Shown piece after piece: positions 38,220 through 47,118 of a stretch of 64,000 nt of DNA. The DNA is from an uncultured Actinomycetes bacterium. GTDB lineage: Bacteria; Actinomycetota; UBA4738; HRBIN12. Under the pieces are notes generated by a model, which was given only the letters and a program-made list of their open reading frames with translations, was not told where the DNA came from and did not search any database. The stretch spans positions 1,730 to 65,729 of the forward strand of contig CAYUSA010000010.1 in the NCBI GenBank assembly GCA_964447335.1. Direction: 5' to 3'. Positions within the stretch are counted from its first letter, which is position 1, and each line of letters begins with the position of its first letter. A program made the translations under genes and the position numbers.

Positions 38220-38254
38220 GCCGAAGGCTCCGGGCTCTGCCCGGGGCCTTCGGC
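38220..38254. terminator. Hairpin terminator between convergent units
   Basis: gccgaaggc-tccggg-ctctg-cccggg-gccttcggc. Confidence 0.6.
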
Positions 38255-38271
38255 GCTCTCGGCGAGGGCGC

Positions 38272-38745
38272 CTACCCGTAGAAGATGATCGTGATCCACA
38301 GGCTGCCGTCGGCCCGCACGATACCGACCGCCATGTGGTCGTACGTCTTGCGAAGGATGTTCTCCCGGTGCAGCTTGCTCGCCATGAACGCCTGCTCGAG
38401 GCTCTCGAGCGTGCCCCCGACCCCGACGTTCTCCCCGCCGATCGACCAGTCTTGACCATCGAGCACGTTCCGCAGCTGCTCCTCGGTCGAGTGGTAGATG
38501 TAGCCCTTCCGGGCCATGGCGCGGCTGTGGTCCTTGGCATACCGGGAGATCTGGGCCTGGAACCGCAGCGCCGCGCGATCGTGCTTCTCGCGGTCAAGGT
38601 TCGTGAGGGACACCATCTGCATGCGCCGGCCGTCACGCTGCTCGGCGCCGGCACCCGCGAGATTCGGACCGATCACGAGGAGACCGGACATGAGCAGGGC
38701 GATCGCGGTGCCCCAGGCCCTCCGGCCGCTTCGGCGAAGTTCCAT
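38272..38745 (-). CDS. Secreted CAP/SCP-domain protein (paralog 1)
   Basis: Signal peptide; AKDHSRAMA, GENVG, FMASKLHRENIL, GIV. Confidence 0.88.
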   Translation of the reverse strand: MELRRSGRRAWGTAIALLMSGLLVIGPNLAGAGAEQRDGRRMQMVSLTNLDREKHDRAALRFQAQISRYAKDHSRAMARKGYIYHSTEEQLRNVLDGQDWSIGGENVGVGGTLESLEQAFMASKLHRENILRKTYDHMAVGIVRADGSLWITIIFYG

Positions 38746-38797
38746 CTCGAGCCTCCCGACTCACGGGTCCCGGGGGGAACTCGAGCCGTGAAGCTCG

Positions 38798-38885
38798 GGT
38801 CCTTCGGCAGCTCGGCCACCTCCCCCTCGCGGAGGTCCGAAGCTTTGCGTCCCGCCGTCACCGGCGGTTTGCCCTTCTCGGGACC
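38798..38885 (-). promoter_or_regulatory. c-di-GMP-I (GEMM) riboswitch
   Basis: Minus strand reads GGUCC..AAGGGCAAACCGCCG-GUGA-CGGCGGGACGCAAAGCUUCGGACC..GGUGGCCGAGCUGCCGAAGGACC: P1, GNRA loop, GACGCAAAGC core. Confidence 0.88.
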
Positions 38886-39004
38886 GACCTTGTTCGACTC
38901 CCTCCCTATCGGCCGGGCGGTGGGCCGCCTTGAGCCCGAGATGGTCAGGAATGACTAGCCAGCCGGAGGCACGGACGGGCCCCGTGGGCGGGGCGTGGGA
39001 GCCC

Positions 39005-40486
39005 CTACCAGCGGAGCTTGAGATGACGCGCGGCGTTGGCCTCGTCGAGCCGCCGGACCGGAGTCGTCACGGGCGCCTCGTGCAGGAGGTCCGGATCGGT
39101 CTCGGCCTCGCTCGCGGCCTGCAGGAGGGCCTCGGCGAACGCGTCGAGGGCCTCCTTGGTCTCGGTCTCGGTGGGCTCGACCATCATGGCCTCCTCGACG
39201 ACGAGCGGGAAGTACACCGTCGAGGGGTGGTAGCCGAGGTCGATGACCCGCTTCGCGACGTCCATCGCTCGGATCCCGGTCCGCTCCTTGAGCGGCGCGG
39301 CCGTCGAGACGAACTCGTGCATCGGATGCCCGTCCGGGTACGCGAGGGGGAAGGCGTCCTTCACGCGGTGCGCGAGGTAGTTCGCGTTCAGCACCGCCAG
39401 CTCGGCCACCTCCTTCAGGCCGTCGCGCCCGTGGAGGAACACGTAGGCGTACGCGCGCACCAAGATCCCGACGTTGCCGTGGAAGCCGTGCATCCGCCCG
39501 ATCGAGCGTGGTCGGTCGGACTCGAGGCGGAAGGCGCCGGTCGCCTCGTCGCGCTCGACGACTGGCACCGGCAGGTACGGCACGAGGGCCTCGGTCACCC
39601 CGACCGGACCGGCGCCCGGCCCTCCCCCTCCGTGCGGCGTCGCGAACGTCTTGTGCGTGTTGATGTGGACGATGTCGAAGCCCATGTCGCCCGGGCGGCA
39701 CCGCCCGAGGATCGCGTTCAGGTTCGCGCCGTCGTAGTAGACGAGCCCCCCGACGCCGTGCACGATCCGGGCCACACGCTCGATCTGCTCCTCGAACAGG
39801 CCGAGCGTGTTCGGGTTCGTGAGCATGAGACCGGCGACGTCCTCGTCGACGAGCTTCTCGAGCGCCGAGACGTCCACGAGCCCCCGGGCGTCGCTCGGGA
39901 CGTGGAGTGCCTCGTAGCCGGCCAGCCGCACGCTCGCGGGGTTGGTGCCGTGCGAGGCGTCGGGGATCACGACCTTCTTCCGCGGGTTCCCCTGCTCGGT
40001 GTGGTGACGGCGCATGATGAGGAGCCCGGTGAGCTCTCCACAGGCGCCCGCCGGCGGTTGGAGCGTCGCGCGGGCCATCCCGGTGATCTCGCACAGGGCC
40101 CGCTCGAGCCGCCACATGAGCTCGAGGGCGCCCTGGACCGTCTGGTCGGGCTGCAGCGGGTGCAGGCGCGAGAAGCCCGGCATCGCCGCCGCGACCTCGG
40201 CCATCTTCGGGTTGTACTTCATCGAGCACGACCCGAGCGGGTAGACACCGGTGTCCACGCCGTAGTTGAGCTGCGACAGCCTCGTGTAGTGGGTCACGAG
40301 GTCGCGCTCGGCGACCTCGGGCAGGGCGGGGGGCTCGCGCCGCGCGTGCTCGGCGGGCACCGAGACCTCGGGCACGTCGAGCGTCGGGAAGGCCGAGGCG
40401 CGGCGTCCGGGCCGCGACAGGTCCTTCAGCGTCCCGAGCCCCGCCGGCCCCTGCCGGCGGACCGGCGCGCCCACATCGCGGTTCAC
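39005..40486 (-). CDS. gcvPB: Glycine dehydrogenase (decarboxylating) subunit 2
   Basis: YPLGSCSMKYNPK, HGTNPAS, YYDGANLNA, HKTFATPHGGGGPG. Confidence 0.94.
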   Translation of the reverse strand: MNRDVGAPVRRQGPAGLGTLKDLSRPGRRASAFPTLDVPEVSVPAEHARREPPALPEVAERDLVTHYTRLSQLNYGVDTGVYPLGSCSMKYNPKMAEVAAAMPGFSRLHPLQPDQTVQGALELMWRLERALCEITGMARATLQPPAGACGELTGLLIMRRHHTEQGNPRKKVVIPDASHGTNPASVRLAGYEALHVPSDARGLVDVSALEKLVDEDVAGLMLTNPNTLGLFEEQIERVARIVHGVGGLVYYDGANLNAILGRCRPGDMGFDIVHINTHKTFATPHGGGGPGAGPVGVTEALVPYLPVPVVERDEATGAFRLESDRPRSIGRMHGFHGNVGILVRAYAYVFLHGRDGLKEVAELAVLNANYLAHRVKDAFPLAYPDGHPMHEFVSTAAPLKERTGIRAMDVAKRVIDLGYHPSTVYFPLVVEEAMMVEPTETETKEALDAFAEALLQAASEAETDPDLLHEAPVTTPVRRLDEANAARHLKLRW

Positions 40487-41808
40487 GCGAGCACCTCCTT
40501 CAACGCACGGGCCAGGCCCTCGATCTCCTCGCGGGTGCGGCGCTCCGTGACGGCGACGAGGAGCGCGTGGCCCTCGGCGTCGGGCAGTGGCACCCCGGGG
40601 AGGAACCCGCGCTCGACCAGCGCGTCGCGGACCTCGGCCGCCGGGCGTGGCAGCCGGAGCGCGAACTCCTTGAAGAACGGCGCACCCGGGAACAGGAGCT
40701 CGACGCCGGGGACATCGGTGAGGCGCTCGGCGGCGTAGGCGGCCTTCGCGGCACATCGCTCGCCGAGCTCCACGAGCCCCTGCGGGCCGAGCCAGCCGAG
40801 GTACACCGTGGCCGCGACGGCCATCAGCGTCTGGTTCGTGCAGATGTTCGAGGTGGCCTTCTCGCGGCGGATGTGCTGCTCGCGCGCCTGCAGCGTGAGC
40901 ACGTAGCCGGTGGCGCCGTCGACGTCCACGGTCTCCCCGACGATGCGCCCGGGGAGCCGGCGCACGGAGTCCAGGCGCGTCGCGATGACCCCGAGGTAGG
41001 GGCCCCCGAAGTTCAGGTGGTTGCCGAGCGCCTGGCCCTCGGCGACGGCGATGTCGGCTCCGAGCTCCCCCGGCGGCGCGAGCACGCCGAGCGACAGCGG
41101 GTCGAACATCTGGATCGCCGCGGCCCCCCCGTCGTGCGCGGCGCCGAACAGGTCGCGGACGGGCTCGAGGATGCCGTACGCGTTGGGGTGCTGGACGATG
41201 ACGCAAGCCACATCCTGACCGACCTGCGGTTCCCCGCCTCGGCCGTCCTGCAGGTCGAACAGCTCGGGCTCGTACCCCGCTCCCCTGCCGTAGGTCCGCA
41301 GCGTCTCGACGTGCCGCGCATCCACCCCCGCCGAGACCAGGACCCGGTCGCGCCCGGGTGTCGCCCTGGCGAGGTTGGCAGCCTCGGCGAGCGCCGTCGA
41401 GCCGTCGTAGAGCGAGGCGTTGGAGACCTCGAGCGCCGTCAGCTCGCAGATCATCGACTGGTACTCGAACAGCGCCTGGAGCACGCCTTGGGAGAGCTCG
41501 GGCTGGTACGGGGTGTACGAGGTGTAGAACTCCGAGCGCCCGGCGAGCGCCCACGCGACCGCCGGCACGTAGTGGTCGTACGCGCCGCCACCGGCGAAGC
41601 ACACGAGGTCCTCGGCGCTTCGGTTGCGCGCGGCGAGCGAGCTCAGGTCGCCGAGGATCTCCTGCTCGGTGACGCCCTCGGGAAGGTCCAGCGGACGGTC
41701 CAGCCGGACCGAGGCCGGGATCTGGGAGAACAGGTCATCGAGCGAGCCGAGGCCGATCGCCTCGAGCATCGCGCGCACGTCGTCGTCCGTGTGAGGGGCG
41801 TACCGCAT
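40483..41808 (-). CDS. gcvPA: Glycine dehydrogenase (decarboxylating) subunit 1
   Basis: YTSYTPYQPELSQG, NASLYDG, REQHIRREKATSNICTNQ. Confidence 0.95.
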   Translation of the reverse strand: MRYAPHTDDDVRAMLEAIGLGSLDDLFSQIPASVRLDRPLDLPEGVTEQEILGDLSSLAARNRSAEDLVCFAGGGAYDHYVPAVAWALAGRSEFYTSYTPYQPELSQGVLQALFEYQSMICELTALEVSNASLYDGSTALAEAANLARATPGRDRVLVSAGVDARHVETLRTYGRGAGYEPELFDLQDGRGGEPQVGQDVACVIVQHPNAYGILEPVRDLFGAAHDGGAAAIQMFDPLSLGVLAPPGELGADIAVAEGQALGNHLNFGGPYLGVIATRLDSVRRLPGRIVGETVDVDGATGYVLTLQAREQHIRREKATSNICTNQTLMAVAATVYLGWLGPQGLVELGERCAAKAAYAAERLTDVPGVELLFPGAPFFKEFALRLPRPAAEVRDALVERGFLPGVPLPDAEGHALLVAVTERRTREEIEGLARALKEVLA

Positions 41809-41874
41809 GCCTGCCCTTCGAGTGTAGCCCAGGCTCGGCGGAGGTCCCCGGCCGGATCCACCCGGCGGGTGGGC

Positions 41875-42246
41875 TCAGCCCGAGACGTCCTCGAGCCCGT
41901 ACTTCTCGACCAACGAGAGGTAGTCGCGCTGGTAGAAGATCTTGCAGTTGACCCCCGGGTAGAGCTCGCGCAGGCGGCGGACCTTGCGGTTCTTCTTCGT
42001 CACGAGCTTCTGATTCAGCGTCGTGATCTCGATGAACAGGTCGTACTGGGGCAGGTAGAAGTCGGGCGTGAACCGCTGGACGGCGTTGCCCTGCTTGTCG
42101 ACCTCGAGATCGAAGGACCGAGGCTCGTACTCCCAGTCGATCTGGTAGAAGTCCAGGAGTTGCGCGAACTGGCGCTCGCTGGCATGGGCGAAACGAACGG
42201 TGTCGCTCTGCAGGGCCGGTGTCGCGGCCGTGGCGGCGTCGCTCAC
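41875..42246 (-). CDS. Hypothetical protein with PD-(D/E)XK-like signature
   Basis: WEYEP..FTPDFYLP..FIEITT; GTG overlaps the MerR stop. Confidence 0.7.
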   Translation of the reverse strand: MSDAATAATPALQSDTVRFAHASERQFAQLLDFYQIDWEYEPRSFDLEVDKQGNAVQRFTPDFYLPQYDLFIEITTLNQKLVTKKNRKVRRLRELYPGVNCKIFYQRDYLSLVEKYGLEDVSG

Positions 42247-42695
42247 GCGCCTCCGGCCGACGCGACCCGGCGGCGACCCCGCTTCCCGGTCTGCTTCGCC
42301 AGACTCCCCTCGAGATCGGTCCATACCTTGTCGACGGCGATCGCGAACACGCCCTGTCCCTTCGCCAGGAGGTCGACGACCTCCCCCGGCGAGGCCACGG
42401 CGTAGATCCGCGAACCATCCGAGATCAGGGTGGTGCCGAGAGCCGGCTCCTTCAGGTCGCGGAGCGTGCCCCAGGCCTTGCGGATCTGCGGGAGGCCCAC
42501 GCCCGTGTCGAGCATGCGCTTGATGAGCTTGAGCAGCGCGAGATCCTGGAACGAGTACAGCCGTTGTGTCCCCGAGCCGTGCGCATCGCGCACCGAGGGG
42601 CGCACCAGGCCCGTCCGGGCCCAGTAGTCGAGCTGACGGTAGGTGATCCCGACGATGCGAACGACGTCGGGGACGCGATATCCCTGCTCGGCCAT
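42243..42695 (-). CDS. MerR-family regulator (Rv1830-like)
   Basis: GITYRQLDYWARTGLVRPS..GSGTQRLYSFQD. Confidence 0.92.
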   Translation of the reverse strand: MAEQGYRVPDVVRIVGITYRQLDYWARTGLVRPSVRDAHGSGTQRLYSFQDLALLKLIKRMLDTGVGLPQIRKAWGTLRDLKEPALGTTLISDGSRIYAVASPGEVVDLLAKGQGVFAIAVDKVWTDLEGSLAKQTGKRGRRRVASAGGA

Positions 42696-42838
42696 GACAA
42701 CTCCGTAATTACGCGGGCGTAGGAAGGGTAGGACCACGGCCCAGCGCTGTCAATCACCCCGGCGGAGGGTCCGCAGACGCCCGGACGGGCCGTCCGCGAA
42801 CCCGGTAGGATGGCCCGTCCCGGTCGCCCGAAGGGGGG

Positions 42839-43321
42839 ATGTTCGTGGCTCGGAACGTCAAGGTGCGCCGCGCGGCGCTCGTGGGGTCGCTCGTCGTCTC
42901 GCTCACGCTCGGACTCGGCGTGGCGCCGTCCGCCGAGGCCGGCCCGCTGCGGACGAAGCTCCTGAACGTCATCAACCGCGTCCGCGCGAACCACGACCTT
43001 GCCGCCATCAAGCTCAACGTGCGGCTCTCGGACGACGCGAAGAGCCATACCCGCAAGATGATCCGCCGAGGCATCCTGTTCGATCCCCGCAACCTCTACG
43101 AGCTGCTCGAGCCCTACCGCTGGGACGACCTGGGCGCCGACGTGGTGGGATGCCACGACTCGTTCAACAAGATGGTGCGCCAGTGGATGGGCGAGGGATT
43201 CCATCGCTCGATCCTCCTCGCCCCGGAGCTGCGCAGGGCCGGGATCGGCGCGATCTTCGTGGACGGCAAGTCCGCATGCGGCCGCGACCAGATCTGGGCG
43301 ACGGCCATCATGTACGGGTAG
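42839..43321 (+). CDS. Secreted CAP/SCP-domain protein (paralog 2)
   Basis: Signal peptide; INRVRA, AKSHTRKM, WMGEGFHRSILL, ends WATAIMYG. Confidence 0.8.
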   Translation: MFVARNVKVRRAALVGSLVVSLTLGLGVAPSAEAGPLRTKLLNVINRVRANHDLAAIKLNVRLSDDAKSHTRKMIRRGILFDPRNLYELLEPYRWDDLGADVVGCHDSFNKMVRQWMGEGFHRSILLAPELRRAGIGAIFVDGKSACGRDQIWATAIMYG

Positions 43322-43352
43322 CCGGGCGCTCCCCCGCGACGCGGGTGCGGAC

Positions 43353-43829
43353 CTACTGGAAGTCCTCGGGCGCCACGTTCTCGAGGAACTCCCGGAACTT
43401 CTCGACCTCGTCGTCCTCGTCGCCGCTCGGGATGAGGATCGAGGCCTCGGACAGGACGTCCTCGCTCGCGAAGATCTTGCACCCGAGACGCACGGCGAGC
43501 GCGATCGCGTCGCTCGGTCGCGAGGAGATTTCCCACGCGTCGCCGTTGCGCTGCATGTTGATCACCGCGAAGAACGTGCCCTCGCGCAGCTCCGTGATGA
43601 CGATGCTGTTCACCTGGATCGCCATCTCGTCCAGGATGTTCTTCATGAGGTCGTGGGTCATCGGTCGCGGGGTCACGACCCCCTGCAGCGCGAGTGCGAT
43701 AGCGGCCGCCTCGGGCTGACCGATCCAGATGGGCAGGAACCGCTCCCCCTCCTGCTCGCGGAGCAGCACGATGGGCTGGTTCGAGGGGAGCTCGACGCGC
43801 ACCCCCGCGAGGTTCATCTCGACCATCAT
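43353..43829 (-). CDS. Bifunctional nuclease (DUF151/BFN) family protein
   Basis: LPIWIG..EA, RPMTHDL, RPSDAIALA; start approximate. Confidence 0.92.
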   Translation of the reverse strand: MMVEMNLAGVRVELPSNQPIVLLREQEGERFLPIWIGQPEAAAIALALQGVVTPRPMTHDLMKNILDEMAIQVNSIVITELREGTFFAVINMQRNGDAWEISSRPSDAIALAVRLGCKIFASEDVLSEASILIPSGDEDDEVEKFREFLENVAPEDFQ

Positions 43830-43868
43830 GCGCATCCGAGCCTAGACCGGGCCTCCCGCTCCGGCAAC

Positions 43869-44456
43869 CTAGGCGCTGGAGCCCGGCTGCGGGAGGTACG
43901 GGAGGAGCAGGTCGAGATCCTCCCCCAGCGCATGGATGTCCTGCACCGCAAGGATGTCCGGGATGTTCCGGTAGCGCTCCTGGAAGTCGAGGCCGTAGCC
44001 GACGACGAACATGTCGGGGCACTCGAACCCGCGGTACCTGATCGTGATCGGGGCGATCCGGCGGGCCGATTTGTCCAGCAGCGCGCAGACCTCGATCGAG
44101 GTGGGCTCGCGGGACTGGAGGACCGACAGCAGGTACGAGAGCGTGAGGCCGGTGTCCACGATGTCCTCGACGACGATCACGTCGCGGCCGCCGACGTCCT
44201 GCTCGAGGTCCTTCACGATGCGCACGCGGCCCATCGACTCGGTCGCGCCCCCGTAGCGGGACAGGGACATGTAGTCGATCGCGAGCGGGAGACCGATCTC
44301 CCGGATGAGGTCCGCGAGGAACACCGACCCGCCCTTCAACACCGAGACCAGGATGGGCCCGCGTCCCTCATAGTCCCCGGTGATGGTGCGGCCGAGCTCC
44401 TCGATCCGGCGGCGGATGTCCTCGCGCCCGAACAGGACGCTGGCAACCTCCGGCAT
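43869..44456 (-). CDS. hpt: Hypoxanthine phosphoribosyltransferase
   Basis: VLKGG, VEDIVDTGLTL, FVVGYGLD..YRN. Confidence 0.93.
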   Translation of the reverse strand: MPEVASVLFGREDIRRRIEELGRTITGDYEGRGPILVSVLKGGSVFLADLIREIGLPLAIDYMSLSRYGGATESMGRVRIVKDLEQDVGGRDVIVVEDIVDTGLTLSYLLSVLQSREPTSIEVCALLDKSARRIAPITIRYRGFECPDMFVVGYGLDFQERYRNIPDILAVQDIHALGEDLDLLLPYLPQPGSSA

Positions 44457-44479
44457 CGGCGCGATCGTAGCAGAGCGGA

Positions 44480-45772
44480 TCAGCCGAAGAGGGCGTCGAG
44501 CACGGCCCCGACCCCGTCCAGGACCGCCGAGCCCGCCCGGCGCCACCACGGTCCACGCTCCTGCGGCGCGGGGGGCGGGGGCACCTGCAGGACCCGCAGC
44601 GGCACGCTCCCGATCCGAAGGTCGGGCACCGAGACCACCACCGTGCCCACGGTCTCGCCCGGGAGCGGCGGGAACGCTGCCCCCGGGTCGAGCACGATCC
44701 GCCGGGTGACCTGGGCGTTCACGGGGATGAGACCGAGGAGCGAGCCGCCGGAGGCCACGGGGATCCGGCGCCCGTCGATCTCGACCTCGCCGAGCGACTC
44801 GCCCTCGGCGATGACCTCTCGGCGCTCGAAGGCTCGGAAGCCGTGGTCGAGCAACGCGGCGGCGTCGGAGAACGCCTCTCCCGGGGCGCCGAGCACGACG
44901 GCGATCAGGCGGAGCCCGTCGCGCTCGGCCGTCGCGACGACGCAGTAGCCCGCCCGGCTCGTGAACCCGGTCTTCACGCCGACCGCCCCCGGGTAGAGCC
45001 AGAGCAAGGCGTTGCGGTTCTGCACGATGCGGGGCGGGTCGCCCTCGGGCGCCGGGATCTCGCGGACGTGCGTCGCCACGAGACTCGCGAAGCCCGGCCG
45101 CCGATACGCGGCACGGGTGATGGCCACGAGATCGCGCGCGGTCGAGTACCCGCGGTCGTCGAGCCCGTTGGGCGAGGTGAACCAGCTGTCGGTCAGGCCG
45201 AGCTTCGCCGCTCGGGCGTTCATGCCGGCGACGAACGCCTCGACGTCCCCGGACACATGCTCGGCGAGCGCGACGGCCGCGTCGTTGGCCGACTGCAGCA
45301 TCAGCGCGGCGAGGAGGTCGTCGACGCGGATCCGCTCCCCCGCCCGCAGCCCGAGCTCCGAGATCCCCGCCGTTCGCCCGTCACCGGCTGCGCCGGTGCT
45401 CACGGTCACGATGTCCTGGGGGTCGGTGCGCTCGAACACGAGGAGCGCGGTCATGATCTTCGTGAGGCTCGCGATCGGACGGCGCTCGTCGGGATCCTGC
45501 TCGAACAAGACCTGCCCCGAGTCCAGGTCGGCGAGCACCGCGGCCTGCGCGGTGATCTCCGGCGGGTGCCGCGAGGGCTCCGGCGTGTGGAGCACGCTCG
45601 GGAACGGCGACAGCGAGGTCTGGCCGTTCGGCAGCAGGACCGGTGTGGGAGGTGGCGTCGAGGTCGCCGTCTGGGCGCCCGCGAGCACCGGCAGGGCCAC
45701 GAACAGCACGACCGGCGCGAGGAAGGCGGCGACCGGCGCGAGGATGCGGCGCGCGTACGGACGGAACGGCAC
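44480..45772 (-). CDS. D-alanyl-D-alanine carboxypeptidase (S11)
   Basis: ASLTK, SAN, KTG catalytic motifs; signal peptide. Confidence 0.92.
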   Translation of the reverse strand: MPFRPYARRILAPVAAFLAPVVLFVALPVLAGAQTATSTPPPTPVLLPNGQTSLSPFPSVLHTPEPSRHPPEITAQAAVLADLDSGQVLFEQDPDERRPIASLTKIMTALLVFERTDPQDIVTVSTGAAGDGRTAGISELGLRAGERIRVDDLLAALMLQSANDAAVALAEHVSGDVEAFVAGMNARAAKLGLTDSWFTSPNGLDDRGYSTARDLVAITRAAYRRPGFASLVATHVREIPAPEGDPPRIVQNRNALLWLYPGAVGVKTGFTSRAGYCVVATAERDGLRLIAVVLGAPGEAFSDAAALLDHGFRAFERREVIAEGESLGEVEIDGRRIPVASGGSLLGLIPVNAQVTRRIVLDPGAAFPPLPGETVGTVVVSVPDLRIGSVPLRVLQVPPPPAPQERGPWWRRAGSAVLDGVGAVLDALFG

Positions 45773-45784
45773 GCGCGGACGGTA

Positions 45785-46492
45785 TCAGGAGCCGGACAGG
45801 TACTGCCGCAGGTTCGTCCGAAGCAGCGCCGTCTTCAGCTTGCGCGAGGCCTTCGCGAGCTCGGCGAGGGAGGTCGACGCCAGGCGCCGCGCATCGGGAT
45901 TCCGCTGGCGCAGCTGCGGCATGACGATCGACTCGAAGAAGGTCGCCTCGCGCTCGGAGAAGTGCTTGTACATCGTGAGGTGCCGCGGCTCGACGCCGTA
46001 GCGGAAGAAGTCCTTCACGATCGACAGCACGATGTAGTCGTCGCCGTCGTAGTAGCGCGCCGACTCGGGTCCGTGCGAGCACACGAGGCCGAAGGACTCG
46101 AGCTCCTTGATGCGGTCGCGGTCGATGCCGGTCGCCGCCGACATCTCCTCGATCGACATCTGCAGGCCCGTCGGCGGCTCCGCCAGCTCCTCGGCCGGCT
46201 CGGGGACCACCTCGGCCCCGGCGCCGTCGCCGTCGGCGTCGGCCGACTCCTGGTGCAGCAGACGCTCCTTGATGACCTTGAGCGGGAGGTACTCGTCCCG
46301 CTGCATCTTGAGGATCGACCGCAGGCGCTCGAGATCCTTCTCGTAGAACTTGCGGTACCCCGAGGGCGTGCGCTCGGGCTCGATCAGCCCCTCGGACTCG
46401 AGGAACCGGATCTTCGAGATCGTGATGTCGGGGAACTCGGTCTTGACCGTGACCAGGACCTCTCCGATGGACTGGTAGTTGCGCGTCGGCAT
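45785..46492 (-). CDS. MerR-family regulator (Rv1828/FtsR-like)
   Basis: SIGEVL..EFPDITISKIRFLESEGLIEPERTPSGYRKF. Confidence 0.92.
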   Translation of the reverse strand: MPTRNYQSIGEVLVTVKTEFPDITISKIRFLESEGLIEPERTPSGYRKFYEKDLERLRSILKMQRDEYLPLKVIKERLLHQESADADGDGAGAEVVPEPAEELAEPPTGLQMSIEEMSAATGIDRDRIKELESFGLVCSHGPESARYYDGDDYIVLSIVKDFFRYGVEPRHLTMYKHFSEREATFFESIVMPQLRQRNPDARRLASTSLAELAKASRKLKTALLRTNLRQYLSGS

Positions 46493-46497
46493 GCCTC

Positions 46498-46956
46498 TCA
46501 CTCTCCTGCGGCGAAGAACACGAGCTTGAACTTCCCGATCTGGACCTCATCCCTGGAGGCGAGCTTCGTGACGTCCACGCGCTCCCGGTTCACGTACGTG
46601 CCGTTCATGCTGCCGAGGTCGTGCACGAACCACTCCGCCCCCGTGTGGCGAACCTCGGCGTGCTTGCGGGAGACCGTCACGTCGTCGAGGAAGACGTCGC
46701 TTTCGGGGTTGCGGCCCGCGCTCGTGACCTCGGCCTCGAGGAGGAACGTCGACCCGGCGTTCGGACCGTGCTTGACCAGAAGCAGAGCCTGGCCGGGCTC
46801 GAGCTCGTCCTCGGGGAACGGGAACTCGTCCGGACCTTCACCCTCGACCTCCACCGGGCTGAGCCCGAGGGTGGCCTCCTCGTGCAGCGCAGCGCCACAG
46901 TTCGAGCAGAACCGTGCCTCGTCCTTGTTCGGATGTCCACAGCGGGTGCAGTACAA
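46498..46956 (-). CDS. FHA-domain protein (GarA/OdhI-like) with N-terminal Zn ribbon
   Basis: CTRC..CSNC; GRNPESDVFLDDVTVSRKHAE, GSMNGTYVN. Confidence 0.9.
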   Translation of the reverse strand: MYCTRCGHPNKDEARFCSNCGAALHEEATLGLSPVEVEGEGPDEFPFPEDELEPGQALLLVKHGPNAGSTFLLEAEVTSAGRNPESDVFLDDVTVSRKHAEVRHTGAEWFVHDLGSMNGTYVNRERVDVTKLASRDEVQIGKFKLVFFAAGE

Positions 46957-46987
46957 GCTCGCTCGCTCCTGTCCCCACGTCTGCGGC

Positions 46988-47021
46988 TGAGGGTTGAAGT
47001 TGAGGGTCGGGCCGAACCCTC
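46988..47021. repeat. TGAGGGT direct repeats with an inverted AACCCTC copy upstream of the FHA-MerR operon
   Basis: TGAGGGT at 46988 and 47001; AACCCTC at 47015. Confidence 0.35.
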
Positions 47022-47118
47022 GATGACCGCTCGACGTTACCGCAGCTCACACGCAGGGTCAACCGTCCCTCAGGGTGGTGCTCGGGCAGGGCGCTCGAGT
47101 CGAGGGTGCGGAGGGGGA

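Noticed and set aside
41809-41874. Glycine riboswitch upstream of gcvPA or gcvH
   Set aside because: Gaps are short and lack the glycine aptamer consensus; only -10-like hexamers are seen
42705-42714. Palindrome cgtaattacg upstream of the MerR gene
   Set aside because: A single short dyad with no second copy; insufficient support
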